Positions 30,112 to 45,989 of a stretch of DNA of 64,000 nucleotides are shown here, in pieces. Numbering within the stretch: the first letter of the stretch is position 1; the number at the start of each line of letters is the position of its first letter. The translations under genes and the position numbers were made by a program. Below the pieces are notes generated by a model that was given only the letters and a program-made list of their open reading frames with translations, was not told the origin of the DNA and did no database searches. The DNA comes from the human T2T-CHM13v2.0 reference genome, Homo sapiens, in NCBI RefSeq assembly GCF_009914755.1, contig NC_060925.1, one strand, 5' to 3'.

Positions 30112-30164
30112 TCATGAGCAGAAATTGAGCTCTTTGGCTTTTACCCACTGAGTATGGCTATAGG

Positions 30165-30169
<5 letters not shown>

Positions 30170-30213
<44 letters not shown>
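30170..30213. repeat. (CT)n microsatellite
   Basis: About 20 CT units. Confidence 0.95.
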
Positions 30214-30215
<2 letters not shown>

Positions 30216-31301
30216 ATTATTTGCATCATTATTTTTTGCCATCAGTGTGGGTTTTTGGTTTTGAGGCTATGAAGTGAATTTCTGGGGACAATCTCTGTTG
30301 GGTCGTGTTGACAAGGATCCAGTCCCTGTTTGGTGATACATGACAGCTAATCTGGTCTGTGAGTCTTCTTTATTGTCTATTTATTGTCCTGAGAATAATG
30401 GTATTTCCTGAAATTTGAGACTGCAGCAATGATAAGTTGTTCAGATCTTGTCTTTCCAATGTTTGGTAAAAATTTTATAGGCCCAATTGTTGTCAATATC
30501 TGCAAGAGTGGCATCTCTATTACAAGAGTGATCTTACTACTCAATGTCCCCCCTCCCACCCAACTTCATTTCCTAGGGGCTCTTGGCTTTAACGAATTTA
30601 CTGTATCTAAAAGACATCTTAGTACAGGAAGAAAACTAAATCTGTAGCATGTAAGGAGCAGTTTTCTTTGATTGGTATATTCAGGTTTCTAACCAGCTGA
30701 AAAATTCAAATACATGTCCTTTAAGGATTAAGTTTAAACTACACTACAGAAAGAAGAGAAAAGATTTATATGATCACATATAAGCAATGGAATCAGCAAT
30801 ATGAGCACTTTTCACAACTATATAAATCAAATTTAGTAATCTCCAGAACATTAAGGAAGTTCAGCCCTTAATGAAAATGAATGAAAAGAAATTATTCACC
30901 CACTGTTACATGCCCTGGAAAGAGAATGCCCTGCAGGACTCAAAAGGGTACCACAATATTACTCAGATTTTCAGCAATGAAGGCCCTCCAAGGATCTAAT
31001 GATACTCATATTTTCAGTTTATTTCCTTCACTGATAAACATTGTTAATAGATACCATTGCCTCTGTTTTCACTTTAAGTGATGTTACTTAGCACAATTCA
31101 TTTCTTTAGAATGCCCCCTAGTTTAGTGAAAGGAATTTTCCTGCTTTATAAATATAGGATATTTTCTCATGAAACAAGTTGGCGTACTCTTTCAGTGAAG
31201 GGACTAGACCGATTAGGTCTCTAAAATGTTAAAGGAGTCACTGCCTCCATTATCTTAGGAACAATAATAATCACTTATATAAAATTAAAATAAGAAAATT
31301 A

Positions 31302-33075
<1,774 letters not shown>

Positions 33076-33119
33076 ATAAAAAATTAAAATTATGTGTTCA
33101 AGTAAATTAAATATATGGC

Positions 33120-36100
33120 AATGAAAAGGAGGCCTAGCATGACTGACTGCATTTTGCTCCTAACCCTTCCTACCCTGTGGTGATGTCTTTCAGGCTAACT
33201 GCTTTTTCTTCTTTCTGCACATAGGCCAAGCTATCTATGGGAGGGATTTAGCTTACAGTTTAACTTTAAAGCACAGATGATAATAATCCCTTCCCCAAAC
33301 TAACTCCTGAGAAGATAGGCAGGTTGTTGAAGATTTATAAGAGCAGTGTGACCTGACAAAGGACAAAGAATTTTCACCATCCCCTTGGGCTCTCACTGCA
33401 GCCCATATGTCTGTCATTGTCAGACCTCTTCACCTCAACCGCCTCCTTCTTCCTCCCTTCCCTAACGTACAAGGAACCTGAAAATCATATTAATTTAAGA
33501 TGGTTCTTTAGGATGTTAGTTCACCATCTGTTCAGTTTGGTGGCTCTCTGGAATAAAGTCACCTTCCCTGCCCCTACACCTTATCCCTGGACTTATTGGC
33601 CGTCATGCAGCAAGCGGTGAGTGCAGTAAGCCGAGATCACACCACTGCACTCCAGTCTGGGTGACATAGTGAGACCTTGTCTCAAAAAAATAAAAATAAA
33701 AACAGAGAAATTTGGTTTTAGAACCAGACAAATTAAATGGGAGATTACTTCCAGTGAGACCTAGAAATTTCTAAATTTCTAAAATTTCTAAAAAAACTGA
33801 GAAAATTGCCTCCATTGAGGAAGTAAGCTGAAGGAGGTAAACTGTCATGTTTTCTGAATTGAGAAATATTGAGGAGGCTTTGTCTCTTTCACCTCCAGCT
33901 GCTCCTTCTCCTCCTGCCCCTGCACCTGCATAGTCTTTCTTACCTGAGCCTTCCTGTCCTGCCTTGCCTCTTCTTCCATCACCACCACCTGGGGAAAGTC
34001 CCCAGGGCTCTGGCCACTTCCCCAAAACTTCTGTTCTGACAGCCCCTTTAAAGGTAAAACCCAAACCCACAGGAAGAGGGGAGCCTACCGTTGTGTATAC
34101 CACTTCACCAAAACGTGAATTAAGAATATTATAAAGGACTTCCCTGATCTAAACTTAAATACATTTCACTCTTCTGTTTCTAAAGCAGGCTCCGAGATTC
34201 TATAGGCTTTGGCAGAAAATTTGACTTAACTGTTGAAACCTTTGAGCCCAAATATTCTGACCTTTATCAATCAATTCACATGCTGGTGAAGAAGGCAAGG
34301 CCACTAACTGGTTGCAAAGGCAAATTGGAAGGATTTTCAAAAAGGGACTGAAGCAGAACATGAAAGGTTCACATTTTCACCAAATATCTCCATGTTGCCA
34401 CTCCCCAGGTCCTTCCTAAAAATATAGATTGGAGGATAATTCAGCATTGTACTAAAAAGCCAGACAAATCTGTCTTTGCTTAATTAAAATGGTTTGAGAG
34501 CCAGGTGTGGTAGCTCATGTCTTTAATCCCAGCACTATAGGAGGCCAAGGCGGGCGGATCACTCGAGGTCAGGAGTTCGAGACCAGCCTGCCAACATGGT
34601 GAAACCCTGTCTCTACTAAAAATACAAAAATCAGCCAGGTGGCTACTCAGGAGGCTGAAGGAAAAGAATCGCTTGAACCCAGGAGGCAGAGGTTGCAGTG
34701 AGCTAAGATCCTGCCAGTGCAATACAGCCTGGGTGACAGAGCAAGACTGTCTCAAAAATAAAAATTAAAAAAAAAAAGAAAAAATCAGCAGCGTAGTAGA
34801 AGTATAATGCACACAAGAATGATAATCATGAAGACAATCTGATTCTAGAAGAGTAAGGGAACCTATTCCATTAGAGAGCCAACTGAAAACATCAAATCCC
34901 AGTTCACACCCCAGGGTGTGGGGGCACGTGCCTGTAGTCCCAGCTACTGGGGAGGATTAGTAAGGAGGTTTGCTTGAATATGTGAGGTCAAAGCAGAAGT
35001 AAACCCTGATCATGCCACTGCACTCCAGCCTGGGTGACAGTGAGACCTTGTCTCAAAAACAAACAAACAAAAAACCCACAAAACCAAACAACAACAAATT
35101 GTCACCTCACTCTGAAATGACAGTGGCAAACATCACTTTGCTATTGGAAAATTAAAAGAAAAACACTCCCTCTTGCTATCAACCTGCCCTCTTGCTCTAA
35201 CATGTCTGACCCATGGTTTAAAATGCCCAAAAGCTGATGTACTCAAATTATAATACACTTACCTGTTCTGCACCAGCATTTATTTTTGTCTGGAGGAGAT
35301 CACCATCCATGGTCCTGTAAATGTCTAACGGCATGGAATGATGAAGGGCAGTGTCTTTTAGGATATTTGGTTATATCTATATATATGGCTCTGAAGAAAC
35401 CCAACATTGGGCGAGTTCCCTCAAACTTTTCACTAGGCATGACCACTGCTCTATTTTAGATAGAGATTCTGTGGGGCAAAACCTGAGAATTATCTGCCTG
35501 GCTATCAAGAAGATAGCTCCTTGCATTTTTTTGGGGAGAACACTTGCTTCAAGGGAGTGTTTCCTCCCAGGATTACAAATCTTTTTGTAACCTCAGGAAA
35601 CATTGCTGATGAAAACCAGGCATGGTGGCTCTGGCCTGTAATCCCAGTGACTCAGGGGCTGAGACAGGAGAATCACTTAAGCCAAAGAGTTTGAGGCTGC
35701 AGTGAGCTATGATGGCGCCACTGCACTCCAGCCTGAGCCACAGAGCCAGACACTGTCTCTGAAAGAAAAAGAAAAAGAAAGAAAAACATTGCTGATGAAA
35801 CTGCGGCCTCTTTTGCAGCTCTATAAAAAGGTATTTAGTCACTGGCTAAGGTTGTACTAGATAATCACATCACTTTAGGTGATACATTTAGCTGAGCAGG
35901 GAGATGTGTGGTGGCAAATACCTTTTGTTGCATATACATATACATTTCCCATGTAGTAGAACCTTCTCTAGAAAAAATCAGAAAAGAAGCCACTTGGCTG
36001 CAAGAAATCACTAAAGAAGAAATGGGGTTTGATGTTTTCCCTGATGTTTTCAGTTGGCTGAAACATCAAATCCCAGTTCCCTGGTTCCCTTACTGTTCCA

Positions 36101-36250
36101 GGATACAGATTCTCTTTGTGATGATCATTCTTGTATGCATTATATTTCTACTACTCAAATTATTAATGTTATGTATTTCTCATTGTTTTACTTCTTTTGA
36201 GAAACTAAATTCATGGTACTCTGAAAACTAGAGATGATTCAACAAGTGAC
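33120..36250 (+). mobile_element. Fragmented ERV1 provirus: LTR (~33120-33615), gag remnant (~33800-34490) and env remnant (~35200-36250), interrupted by Alus
   Basis: LTR with AATAAA at ~33552. gag-like PQVLPKNIDWRIIQHCTKKPDKSV. env TM-like SLAKVVLDNHITL...AEQGD..VANTFCCIYI...LEKIRKEATWLQ followed by a hydrophobic anchor ILFVMIILVCIIFLLLKLLML. Confidence 0.75.
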
Positions 36251-36275
36251 AGCAACTATAGAATTGGCCGAGATA

Positions 36276-36306
<31 letters not shown>

Positions 36307-36469
36307 TTTTTCCATGTTGTGATGCCACACCAGTTCAGCTTTTGGACGCTGTTAAAAAGAGAGGTCTCCTTCCCTCCCCTGACCCCCGTGTGGGACAGGA
36401 CTATCTGGGAATGAGCCATTCTGGCAAGGAGGGACACAGCTTTTGATCGACAATGCTTTCAAGAAATAC

Positions 36470-36754
36470 TTTTTTTTTTTTTAAACGGAGTCTCGCTCTG
36501 TCGCCCAGGCTGGAGTGCAGTGGGCGATCTCAGCTCACTGCAAGCTCCGCCTCCCGGGTTCACGCCATTCTCCTGCCTCAGCCTCTGCGAGTAGCTGAGA
36601 CTACAGGCGCCCGCCACCACGCCAGGCTAATTTTTTTTTTTTATTTTTAGTAGAGACGGGGTTTCACCGTGGTCTCGATCTCCTGACCTCGTGATCGGCC
36701 CGCCTCAGCCTCCCAAAGTGCTGGGCTTACAAGCGTCAGCCACCGCGCCCGGCC
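36470..36754 (-). mobile_element. Alu (AluY-like)
   Basis: CpG-rich antisense Alu with the diagnostic GCAAGCTCCGCCTCCCGGGTTCACGCCATT. Confidence 0.9.
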
Positions 36755-37419
36755 AAGAAAGACTTTTCATCTAAAGGGAGAATGGGGAAAGAAGAGAACT
36801 TTTTTATTTTCAAATTCTCAGGCCCAGCGAGGCATTACATTGAGACAGCAACCACATTCTGCTTCCTTTTTGTACACTACTGTATTTGAAAAACAAAAAA
36901 ACAAACCTACAAGACTCATAAAACTGGACAACTTTCTTTATAACACTACTACTCGTAAAACCAGTAAGGATGGCTGGTTTGCAGTTATCTGAGCAGCTTC
37001 TCTAGTTTCATAGACATGATTTCTCTCTGTTATTAAAGGGCTCCCAATTTTAAGTGGAATGCTACTTCACAAAGATAACCAGGTTTGAAAGGGTCCGGTT
37101 TGCTTTGTAATCCGAAACGTTCCAGTCTGCTATTAAAAGCCATTATTTGAAGACGGGTGCACAGGCTTCCAGCTGCCCGCCAGAAGGGTCCTCCGCAGGA
37201 CACAGGTTAAGTAATCACTTCTTCGGGGGAGACTAGATGCAGGGTCTCGGCGCACCTCCCCAAAAGACAAGGGCGAGACAGAAAGGAGGGACAGGCGGAC
37301 GTCACTTCCCCCGCCGGCTGCGGCACCGGGTTGGTGGGCTGAGTGGAGGAGGGTGGGGCGGAAGAACAGAAGGGGACTGGGAAAGGCACTGTTGGTGACA
37401 TCACCGATAGGGCGTTTCT

Positions 37420-37600
37420 ATGTAGATGAGGCAGCGCAGGGGCTGCTGCTTCGCCATGAAGGATTTCCCGTGCTGTAGGAGCAAGTCCGGGACCGCTGGC
37501 TGGACGTGAGCGTCCTAGCTGTGTGTTAGGGCTAGGAGGGCTCAGGGTGATTGGGGATTGGCTGGGGTGGTGCTCGGGGCAAGTGACCGTGCGTGTAAAG
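37420..37600 (+). promoter_or_regulatory. Second U1-type promoter: DSE octamer ATGTAGAT (37420-37427) and PSE TGACCGTGCGTGTAAAG (37584-37600)
   Basis: The octamer is identical to that of the intact U1 gene and the PSE differs by one base, at similar spacing. Confidence 0.88.
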
Positions 37601-37638
37601 GGTGAGGCGTATGGAGCTGTGGCGGGGCGGAAGTTTAC

Positions 37639-38355
37639 ATGTGTGGTATGTAGAGCACATGTTATGGTTATCGAAGTGGTTTATTGGAAGGTTGAGGACC
37701 ATGTATTCGGCAGCTATGCTGTTGTCTCTTATTTTTTCTAACGTGGAAATCTGTTTTGTAACTTGTAGTAATAAGGTAGAAATTAAAAAGAAAAAGTATT
37801 TTCCTGTACTTGCTTGGCTGCAAGGTCAGGAACAGATAGTTCCTTAGCGGATCCTTGGTAACGCTATCTGAAAAACCACATCGCTGAGAAATGAGTTCTG
37901 GAGACTCTCTTAACAGTCTGTTGTCCCTAGGAAGGATAAGAGCAAGAAACAGCAAATGCTTTTATTACCTTCTCTTTTCCCTTTACCATTTCTCACTATT
38001 CAAGTTTTGTTAAGTTCTTGATTTCCCTTCAGTGCAGCTGCAAGGTCACCAGCTATTCTTGCCTCGTGAGACCTGTCACAGTTTGACTAGCTGCCTTTGT
38101 TCTGCTTCTGTAAGCCCTCTTGCCTGCCCCGCGAGTTTGGTGCCATCATAGTCCCACCATGCCATTCAAACTAGCCAACCCCCTTTTTGAAGTGTGTATA
38201 AAAGTCAAACCCTGTCTTTGTTCGGGGCTCAGCCTTTGGATTTTAATCCTCCGGGCCTGAGTGCACTCAATAAATCCTCCTGTTCCACCCATTGGTCTCT
38301 CTGTTCTCCTGATTCCCACAACAGTAGTAGGGGACTGTGTCTGCACTTTCCCCTG
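37639..38355 (+). pseudogene. Highly decayed U1 gene split by a solo LTR (5' body 37639-37768, 3' stem-loop 4 fragment 38324-38355)
   Basis: Residual U1 matches in order: ATGGTTATCGAAGTGGTTT, GTTGAGGACCATGTATT, ATTTTTTCTAACGTGGAAA, TAACTTGTAG. The 3' fragment GTAGTAGGGGACTGTGTCTGCACTTTCCCCTG matches the U1 3' end at 27/32 positions. Confidence 0.8.
37769..38323 (+). mobile_element. LTR10-family (HERV-I type) solo LTR, sense orientation
   Basis: TATAAAA at 38197, AATAAA at 38269, terminus CTCCTGATTCCCACAACA, and flanking 4-bp direct repeat GTAG (37765-37768 and 38324-38327). Family from recall. Confidence 0.75.
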
Positions 38356-40963
38356 GTCTTTCACGGTATGAATAATAGCCTTTTTTTTTTTCGCCTATAG
38401 TCGCAGGCTCGGTCTCAGTGATTTTATGGTGTGGTCAGCTGTTTTTGTGAGACCTTGTTTACTGTCCTGGGACAGATGTCTGTAGTCACTTGTTTCCTTG
38501 GGAGGCAAATTTCAGTCTCTGTGGCGGAGGTCTCTCATGTTAGCTGTGGTGGTACTTGGCAGGCGGAGCTCAGGGATCTAGGCTTCCCTGCTTTGTAGAC
38601 TGCTCAATGGTCCCCAAGGCCTACTGGCTTTTACCACCACTTGAAAACCTTAGTGTTTTTCCACTGTCCCCAGAGTCACCTCTTACACAGACTTATTTTG
38701 TTTGTCTTTTTCCCCGAGACAGAGTCTCACTCTATCTGGTAGCATCTTGGTTTAAGCGATCCTCCCACCTCAGCCTCTGGAGTAGCAGAGGCACGAGTCA
38801 CCACAGCCAGCTAATTTCTGTTCTTGGTTTTGTTGTGGTGGTGGTTGTTTTGTTTTTTAAGAGTTGAAGTTTCACCATGTTGCCCAGGTTGGTCTCCAAC
38901 TCCTGGACTCAAATAATCCGCCCTGCCTTGGCCTTCTAAAGTCCTGGGATTACAGGTGTGATCCATCACACCTGGCCAGCCCCTGCTTTTCACTATAGCA
39001 TTCATGGGAGTTTGTAGGATTTCTGTGCTGGGGGGAACGTGTACTCAGCTCATACAGCCAAGTAGAAATTGTACTTGGAACTGGTGTCGTTGGGTTGTAG
39101 ACATAACATGCTTGCTGTTTGTATGGGAAGGGCTTTGCCAGTGCTCTGTGCCCCTGTGCAGGGCATCCAGGCCTGCAGGTCAGAACGGCAGTCTCACCTA
39201 TGAGTTTGTGTAATACACAGCAATTCTCCCTGGAATATAAGACGGGTGGTCTTGTGAGGTTCCTACAAGTAAGAAGACAAATTTCCCTTCAGTTTGTATT
39301 GACAAAATTCAAAATTAATAATAACAGCCCAACCTCTTGAATGATAAATGTCCTTTACATTGACAGACCAGAACTGCCCTGCTTGCCTCAGCTCCTCTGT
39401 GCAGGTGCAGCTCACAATTCCCCCAACACAGGTCATTTCCTCCCTGCTTTCTCCAAAAGAGGGAGACAGCAGTTCTGCAGGACCACAGGGCTCAAGGCCT
39501 TCCAGGGCCAAAAATCTCAGAAGAAGTTGCCCGTTCTGCCTGTACCTCACGACTGACCTAGAAATGGCCTTTGCTAAGAGCAAAGTAGGGGGAAATGGTC
39601 GCCAGAGCTGGGGCCTGGGTACTGGGCCAGGTTGCCCCACAGGAGGGGAAGTACTCAGGGTTAGAGGGGGCCAAGCACCAAGACCTCAGCATCCTCAACC
39701 TCCAAAAGGACTCAGAGAGATGCAGAAACCGAGACAGGGTTCCTCTTTCAAGGAAAGAGACTTTTGAGGAAGACCCCAGGGCTCTGAACCAAAATCCAGA
39801 TTTTTCCCCATCTGCAGCTTAATTCCACCTTAGTTGGTGCAACTTCATCCTTCCCCTATGCTCAGGACAAAAAACAGTTCTTCTATAGGCTGGTCATTCT
39901 CTGGCCCCATACATCCTATTGGTCAGAAAATTATGTTTTTTCTTTGGTTAACTGCAGACTTTGGTCTGCACAGTCTTTTTCTTTCTTGGTCTGAAAACCA
40001 CCCAATAGTCCCATATGTAGCTTTTTTGGATAAACCTAGAAATTGACCCTGCTGGTCTTAAAGCTTGAAACTTAATATTTGTTTCGTCTGAGTTCCTTCC
40101 TCAGGAAACAACCTTCAGGCCTCTCAAAAAAGCCATCAAAGAACTGAAATTCATCCAGACAATGAGATGCTGGGACCCCTCATTCATCATGATTGCTTCC
40201 TTGCTCCTCCCTAGTTCCTGTTTTCTTACACATTGTTACATTTCTTCCCTGCCATATAAACCTCTGGTTTTGTTGGTCAGGGAGATGGATTTGAGACTGA
40301 GTTCTCATCTCCCCCACTGCAGCACCCTATTAAAGCGCCTTCCTTGGCAATAATCATCTCGGTGATTGGCTTTCTCTGTGGCAACCAGCAGGAATCCCAG
40401 ATCTCTGAATTTTGGCAAAGGAGTCTCCTGATAAAGGTGGGATGGATTCTACTGACCAACATCAAAACGATCAGACATTTGAAAGCCTTAATCTCAGGGT
40501 CGGGGTTTGGGCCGCCCTTGGGCCTTTTCCTTGGGCCTAACCATTAAAATCAGCCTAGCCAGGTCTGTCTTCCAGGCACAGGGGTAGGGCCAGATACTCC
40601 TGATGCTTTTTGACGCTTCTCCCACTGGGTGGGCAACAACCCTCCCCTTCCCTGTGACCTGCAGAGAAGCTTCAGGGGGCGTTTATTCAATTTGCTAGGA
40701 GCCTACAAAGCACAGGTACACGGTGACTCTGTGGTTCCCACTGCTCCTGCCACTCTCCTTGGTCCCCTCACTGTCTCTGGCAGGCAGTAATGTTCTGGGT
40801 GAGCTTGGGTGCTGAAGACACCCAGGCAGGGAGGGTAGGGAAAGGCACCAGCCCCTTAGGTCCTGCACATTAGGGATCCAAAAAACATCTGAAGAAACAG
40901 AAAGGGAGCGTTGGAAGTAGATCAAAGGGAAAGAAAGAAATCCTAGGAGATTTCCTATCTGAA

Positions 40964-41046
40964 GGCACCATGAAGAGAAAGTCCGCCTCCTCTGGGCCGC
41001 GTCCTCCTGTTGCAGGTGAACCGAGTTCCGGTCTCCATTGGAAACC
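40964..41046 (+). pseudogene. Probable tRNA-Gln relic (copy 2)
   Basis: GGCACCATG...CTCTGGGC...GAACCGAGTTCCGGTCTCCATTGGAAACC; paralog of 19757-19839. Confidence 0.5.
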
Positions 41047-41689
41047 AAAGCAGGTAACTTTGCCCTGACTCCTAGTTAGGAAGCCATGCTTTGTCCTCCC
41101 CTGTTTAGCACTTGATCCTGTAGCACTTGATTGTCTCTCCCTGGCTTTCTATGGATTCCAGAGATGCAACTGAGAAGTTTGTTTTTAATGCACTTTTCCT
41201 TAAAGTAAGAGTATTTCAGGCCGGGCACGGTGGCTTACACCTGTAATCCCAACACTTTGGGAGGCAGAGGTGGGCATTTTACTTGAGGTCAGGAGTTCGA
41301 GACCAGCCTGGCCAACATGGCGAAACTCTGTCTCTACGAAAAATACAAAAATTAGCCAGGTATGTTGGCACCGGCCTGTAGTCCCAGCTACTCGAGAGGC
41401 TGAGGCAAGAGAAACCTGTGAACATGGGAAGGGGAAGTTGCAGTGAACTGATATCAAAAAAAAAAAAAGTATCTTTTGGCAAAGGAAATGATTTCTGACA
41501 GGTTTTGCACTTAAGACACTCAGGTGTGAGGAAAACATGAAAACCACTATGCTAGGGAAAGCAAATGCTGTTGAGAATGTCTCATAAACACAAATTACAT
41601 GTCAACAGGTAGGTTTGACCCTCAGGTTGGGCACATTTTACTTTAAGTTCACTGTCGGTGGAACTTAAGATGAATCTAAGACATTCACG

Positions 41690-41805
41690 ATGTATGTATG
41701 TATGTGTGTGGGTGTGTATACATATACATATATATATACATATATATACACACACACATATATATATATATACACATATATATATGTCTCTCATATATAT
41801 ATGAG
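41690..41805. repeat. Compound (TG)/(TA)/(CA) microsatellite
   Basis: tatgtatgtatgtgtgtg...tatatatacacacacacatatatata. Confidence 0.9.
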
Positions 41806-42629
41806 AGACAGAGTCTTGCAATCTTGCCCATATTGGTCTCCAACTCTGGGCCTCAAGCGATCCTCCTATCTCCCCATCCCAAAGTGCTGGGACTATAGGC
41901 ATGCACCACCTCGTCCAGCCCATTTTAATGTTTTTAATTTAAATACACATTCCCAAAATTATATAACAAGTACAGGAAGCCCACTTTCAGCCAGTTTTAC
42001 AAAAACAAAGTGGCAACATCCTAAAGTACTGAAAGAAATAAAGTTTTCCTAGAATTCTATGTCAAAGTGAAAAATCTTTCAAGAATATGACTGAAATAAG
42101 GACATTTAAAAACATATAAAAAATGAAAGAATTCAGCAACCCACACTACAAGAAATGCAAAAGGAGTCCTCCAGGCCTAAAGATAAGGATACCAGACAGA
42201 AATCTGGATCTACACAAAGAAATGGAGACTACTGCAAATCGGTATGTACATAGTTAAATATATATGTTCTTATTATTTAAATCTTTTTTAATAATTTATT
42301 TATTTTAAATTATTTATGATTTAAATCTTTTTTTAATAATTAAAAAAAGCAATAATAATGGATTCTGGGATTTATAACATGTCTGAAATCAAGTTACATG
42401 ACAACACTAGCATAATGGCCAGAAGAGGAGGTATAATGCCACTAGATGGCACTGATAAAGGTGTATTCAGGAAACCCTGAAGCCCTCACTGAAAAGGCAA
42501 AAGCAGGGAAAGAAGTCGGGGAGCGGTAGACCAGAAGAAAGAAAGAGTTATAGCTAATAAGCCAACAAAGGAAAGAAAATGGAATGATATAAAAACCATG
42601 TAATCATTATGCTGGAACAACTGCTCTTC

Positions 42630-43989
<1,360 letters not shown>

Positions 43990-45649
43990 TCACTTAATAT
44001 ATCGTAACCATCTCTCCAGTCATTGAATGTTCTTCTATAACATTTGGAATGATATCATAGTATCCCATTATATGAATAACCCATGGTTTATTATACAAGT
44101 CCCCTACTGCTGAACGTTTAGGTCTTTCTAACTTTTTGCTATTAAAGTCTGGCATGATAGACTCTGCAAGTTAGCCTTCAGATGCCCAGCAAATCCAGTT
44201 AACCAGAGCACTGTCCTCTAAGCCTCCTGGTGAATGTGGTTTTGCTGATGGTGGGCAGAGTCCACCCCAGCCGAGCCGCTGGATTTGGCAGGCACTTGGC
44301 CTTAGCAACCTGAGGGTGGTAACTCCAATCAGTTACTTGTTTCCCTGTTACCTGAGTTGCAGATTTAGAGCCCTCTGCAGTGAGCAGGTGAGCACCTGGC
44401 ATGATTCTTTTCTGGTGAGTGGTCCTGGGGGTCACTGGGCCAGTCACCACCTGGTGACAGGACAGGGTGACCGGTGGGTGGCAGCACTGGGGATTCAAAT
44501 GACCGCAGCCCGGTCAGGCTGAGCTGAGCAGAGCCAAGGACTCAGCACAGCAAGGAACCTAGGCTCTTCACAGAGAAGGGAGCTGGAGGACCCCCCAAGG
44601 AGATGAGTATGTGCCACCCTGCGGCAGGGTCCTGTGGGCTTTGGGAGTGAGAGGGTCAAGGGGAGAGGAGCTGTGTTTGCCACCCCCTGTTAAAAACCTC
44701 AAGTGAAGCAGCATGGTAGAGAGGAAAGAGCATGGGATTGGAAGCCATTGAACTTCCTGCTGTGTGTCCTTGGGCAAGTGACTACATGTCTCTGATCCTC
44801 AATCTCCCCTTCTATAAAATGGAGATGATCCTAGAACCTGCTTCACGGGAGTGTTCAGAGGGGACTGTAGACAGAGCGGGAACATAGAAGAGGAAGTAGG
44901 CGGCAGTGTGGTTCACAGCCAGCGCAGGCTGCCCGCAGGGTGCAGGTACGGTCACCAAGGGAGACCCAAGGTGCCCTGGAGGGAGTGGCAAGGACACAGG
45001 CCTGAGCCCAGCCCTGGTGATATGAACACTGGAGTGGGCTTCACAGGGACAGACAGCATCAGAACTGGACTAGTGAGGTCATGAGCCCACCAGGGCCTGG
45101 GTAGGGACATAGCAAGTCTGGGGACTCCAGACAGGGTCACACAGACCTGGGCCATGCTGGGCATCCAGGGACTGGCTGTGCATACTGGCAGATGTCAGTC
45201 AGCCCTCCTGCAGTTGGGCCAGGGACACCTCAGGGAAACTGTGACCTTCCTTCCAATCTTGGTAACATCACCCTTCCACCCCAAATCCCAGGGAATGGCC
45301 CGAATCTCTCCTGACAAACAGCTCTCAGCCCTGGTCCAGGCCACAGTCTTGCTTGCACCAGGCCGGGTTTCAGAGCCCGAAGGGCACACTGGCAGCCTTT
45401 AGTGCAGTGTTTCAGATGTCACAGACAGGTTCCTCTTTGACGAAGATGGAACTTCCACTGCTTCCCTCCTACCACGCAGGAAACACAGAAGCAACCATCA
45501 GCCGCGGGCCTGCTGGCCGTTCTCTCTGGGTACTGTGTTTGGAAAAAGCACAAAATCATTAACTTAAACATGCTTTTTCAAACCAAACACATCCCTCTCT
45601 TAGCCCTGGAGATTCAGAGCTGCCTCTCCCTTTGAAAATGAATGATCTC

Positions 45650-45918
45650 GCCCGGGTGCAGTGGCTCACGCCTGTACTCCCAGTACTTTGGGAAGCTGAG
45701 GCGGGTGGATCGCGAGGTCAGCAGTTTGAGACCAGCCTGGCCAATATGGTGAAACCCCGTCTCTACTGAAAATACAAAAATTAGCCGAGCGTGGCGGCGG
45801 GCGCCTGTAGTCCAAGCTACTCAGGAGGCTGAGGCAGAGGTTGCGTTTAGCCAAGATCATGCCACTGCACTCCAGCCTGGGCAATAGAGCAAGACTCCCT
45901 CAAAAAAAAAAAAAAAAA
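45650..45918 (+). mobile_element. Alu (AluS), internally deleted
   Basis: Alu consensus with poly(A) tail. Confidence 0.88.
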
Positions 45919-45989
45919 GCATGATTTCATCCAATGCCTTCAGTAACAGAAGGAGGTCCAAGTCCAGTGAGAGGGTGGAACGAACATAC

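Larger units (their letters stand above)
36880..39262 (+). repeat. Duplicated U1 locus unit (paralogous to ~27700-29250)
   Basis: Colinear matches: aaacctacaaga..cat.aaactggacaact, gtaatccgaaac.ttc, ttaaaagccattatttgaaga, ctatgtagatgaggcagcgcag, agtcacctcttacacag, ggagtttgtaggatttctgtgct and ggtcagaac.gcagtctcacct. An Alu is inserted at ~38700-38978. Confidence 0.92.

Noticed and set aside
44290-44460. Palindromic and X-box-like words (ccttagcaac, gtcaccacctggtgac)
   Set aside because: Only half-sites or wrong spacing; not distinguishable from chance without data.
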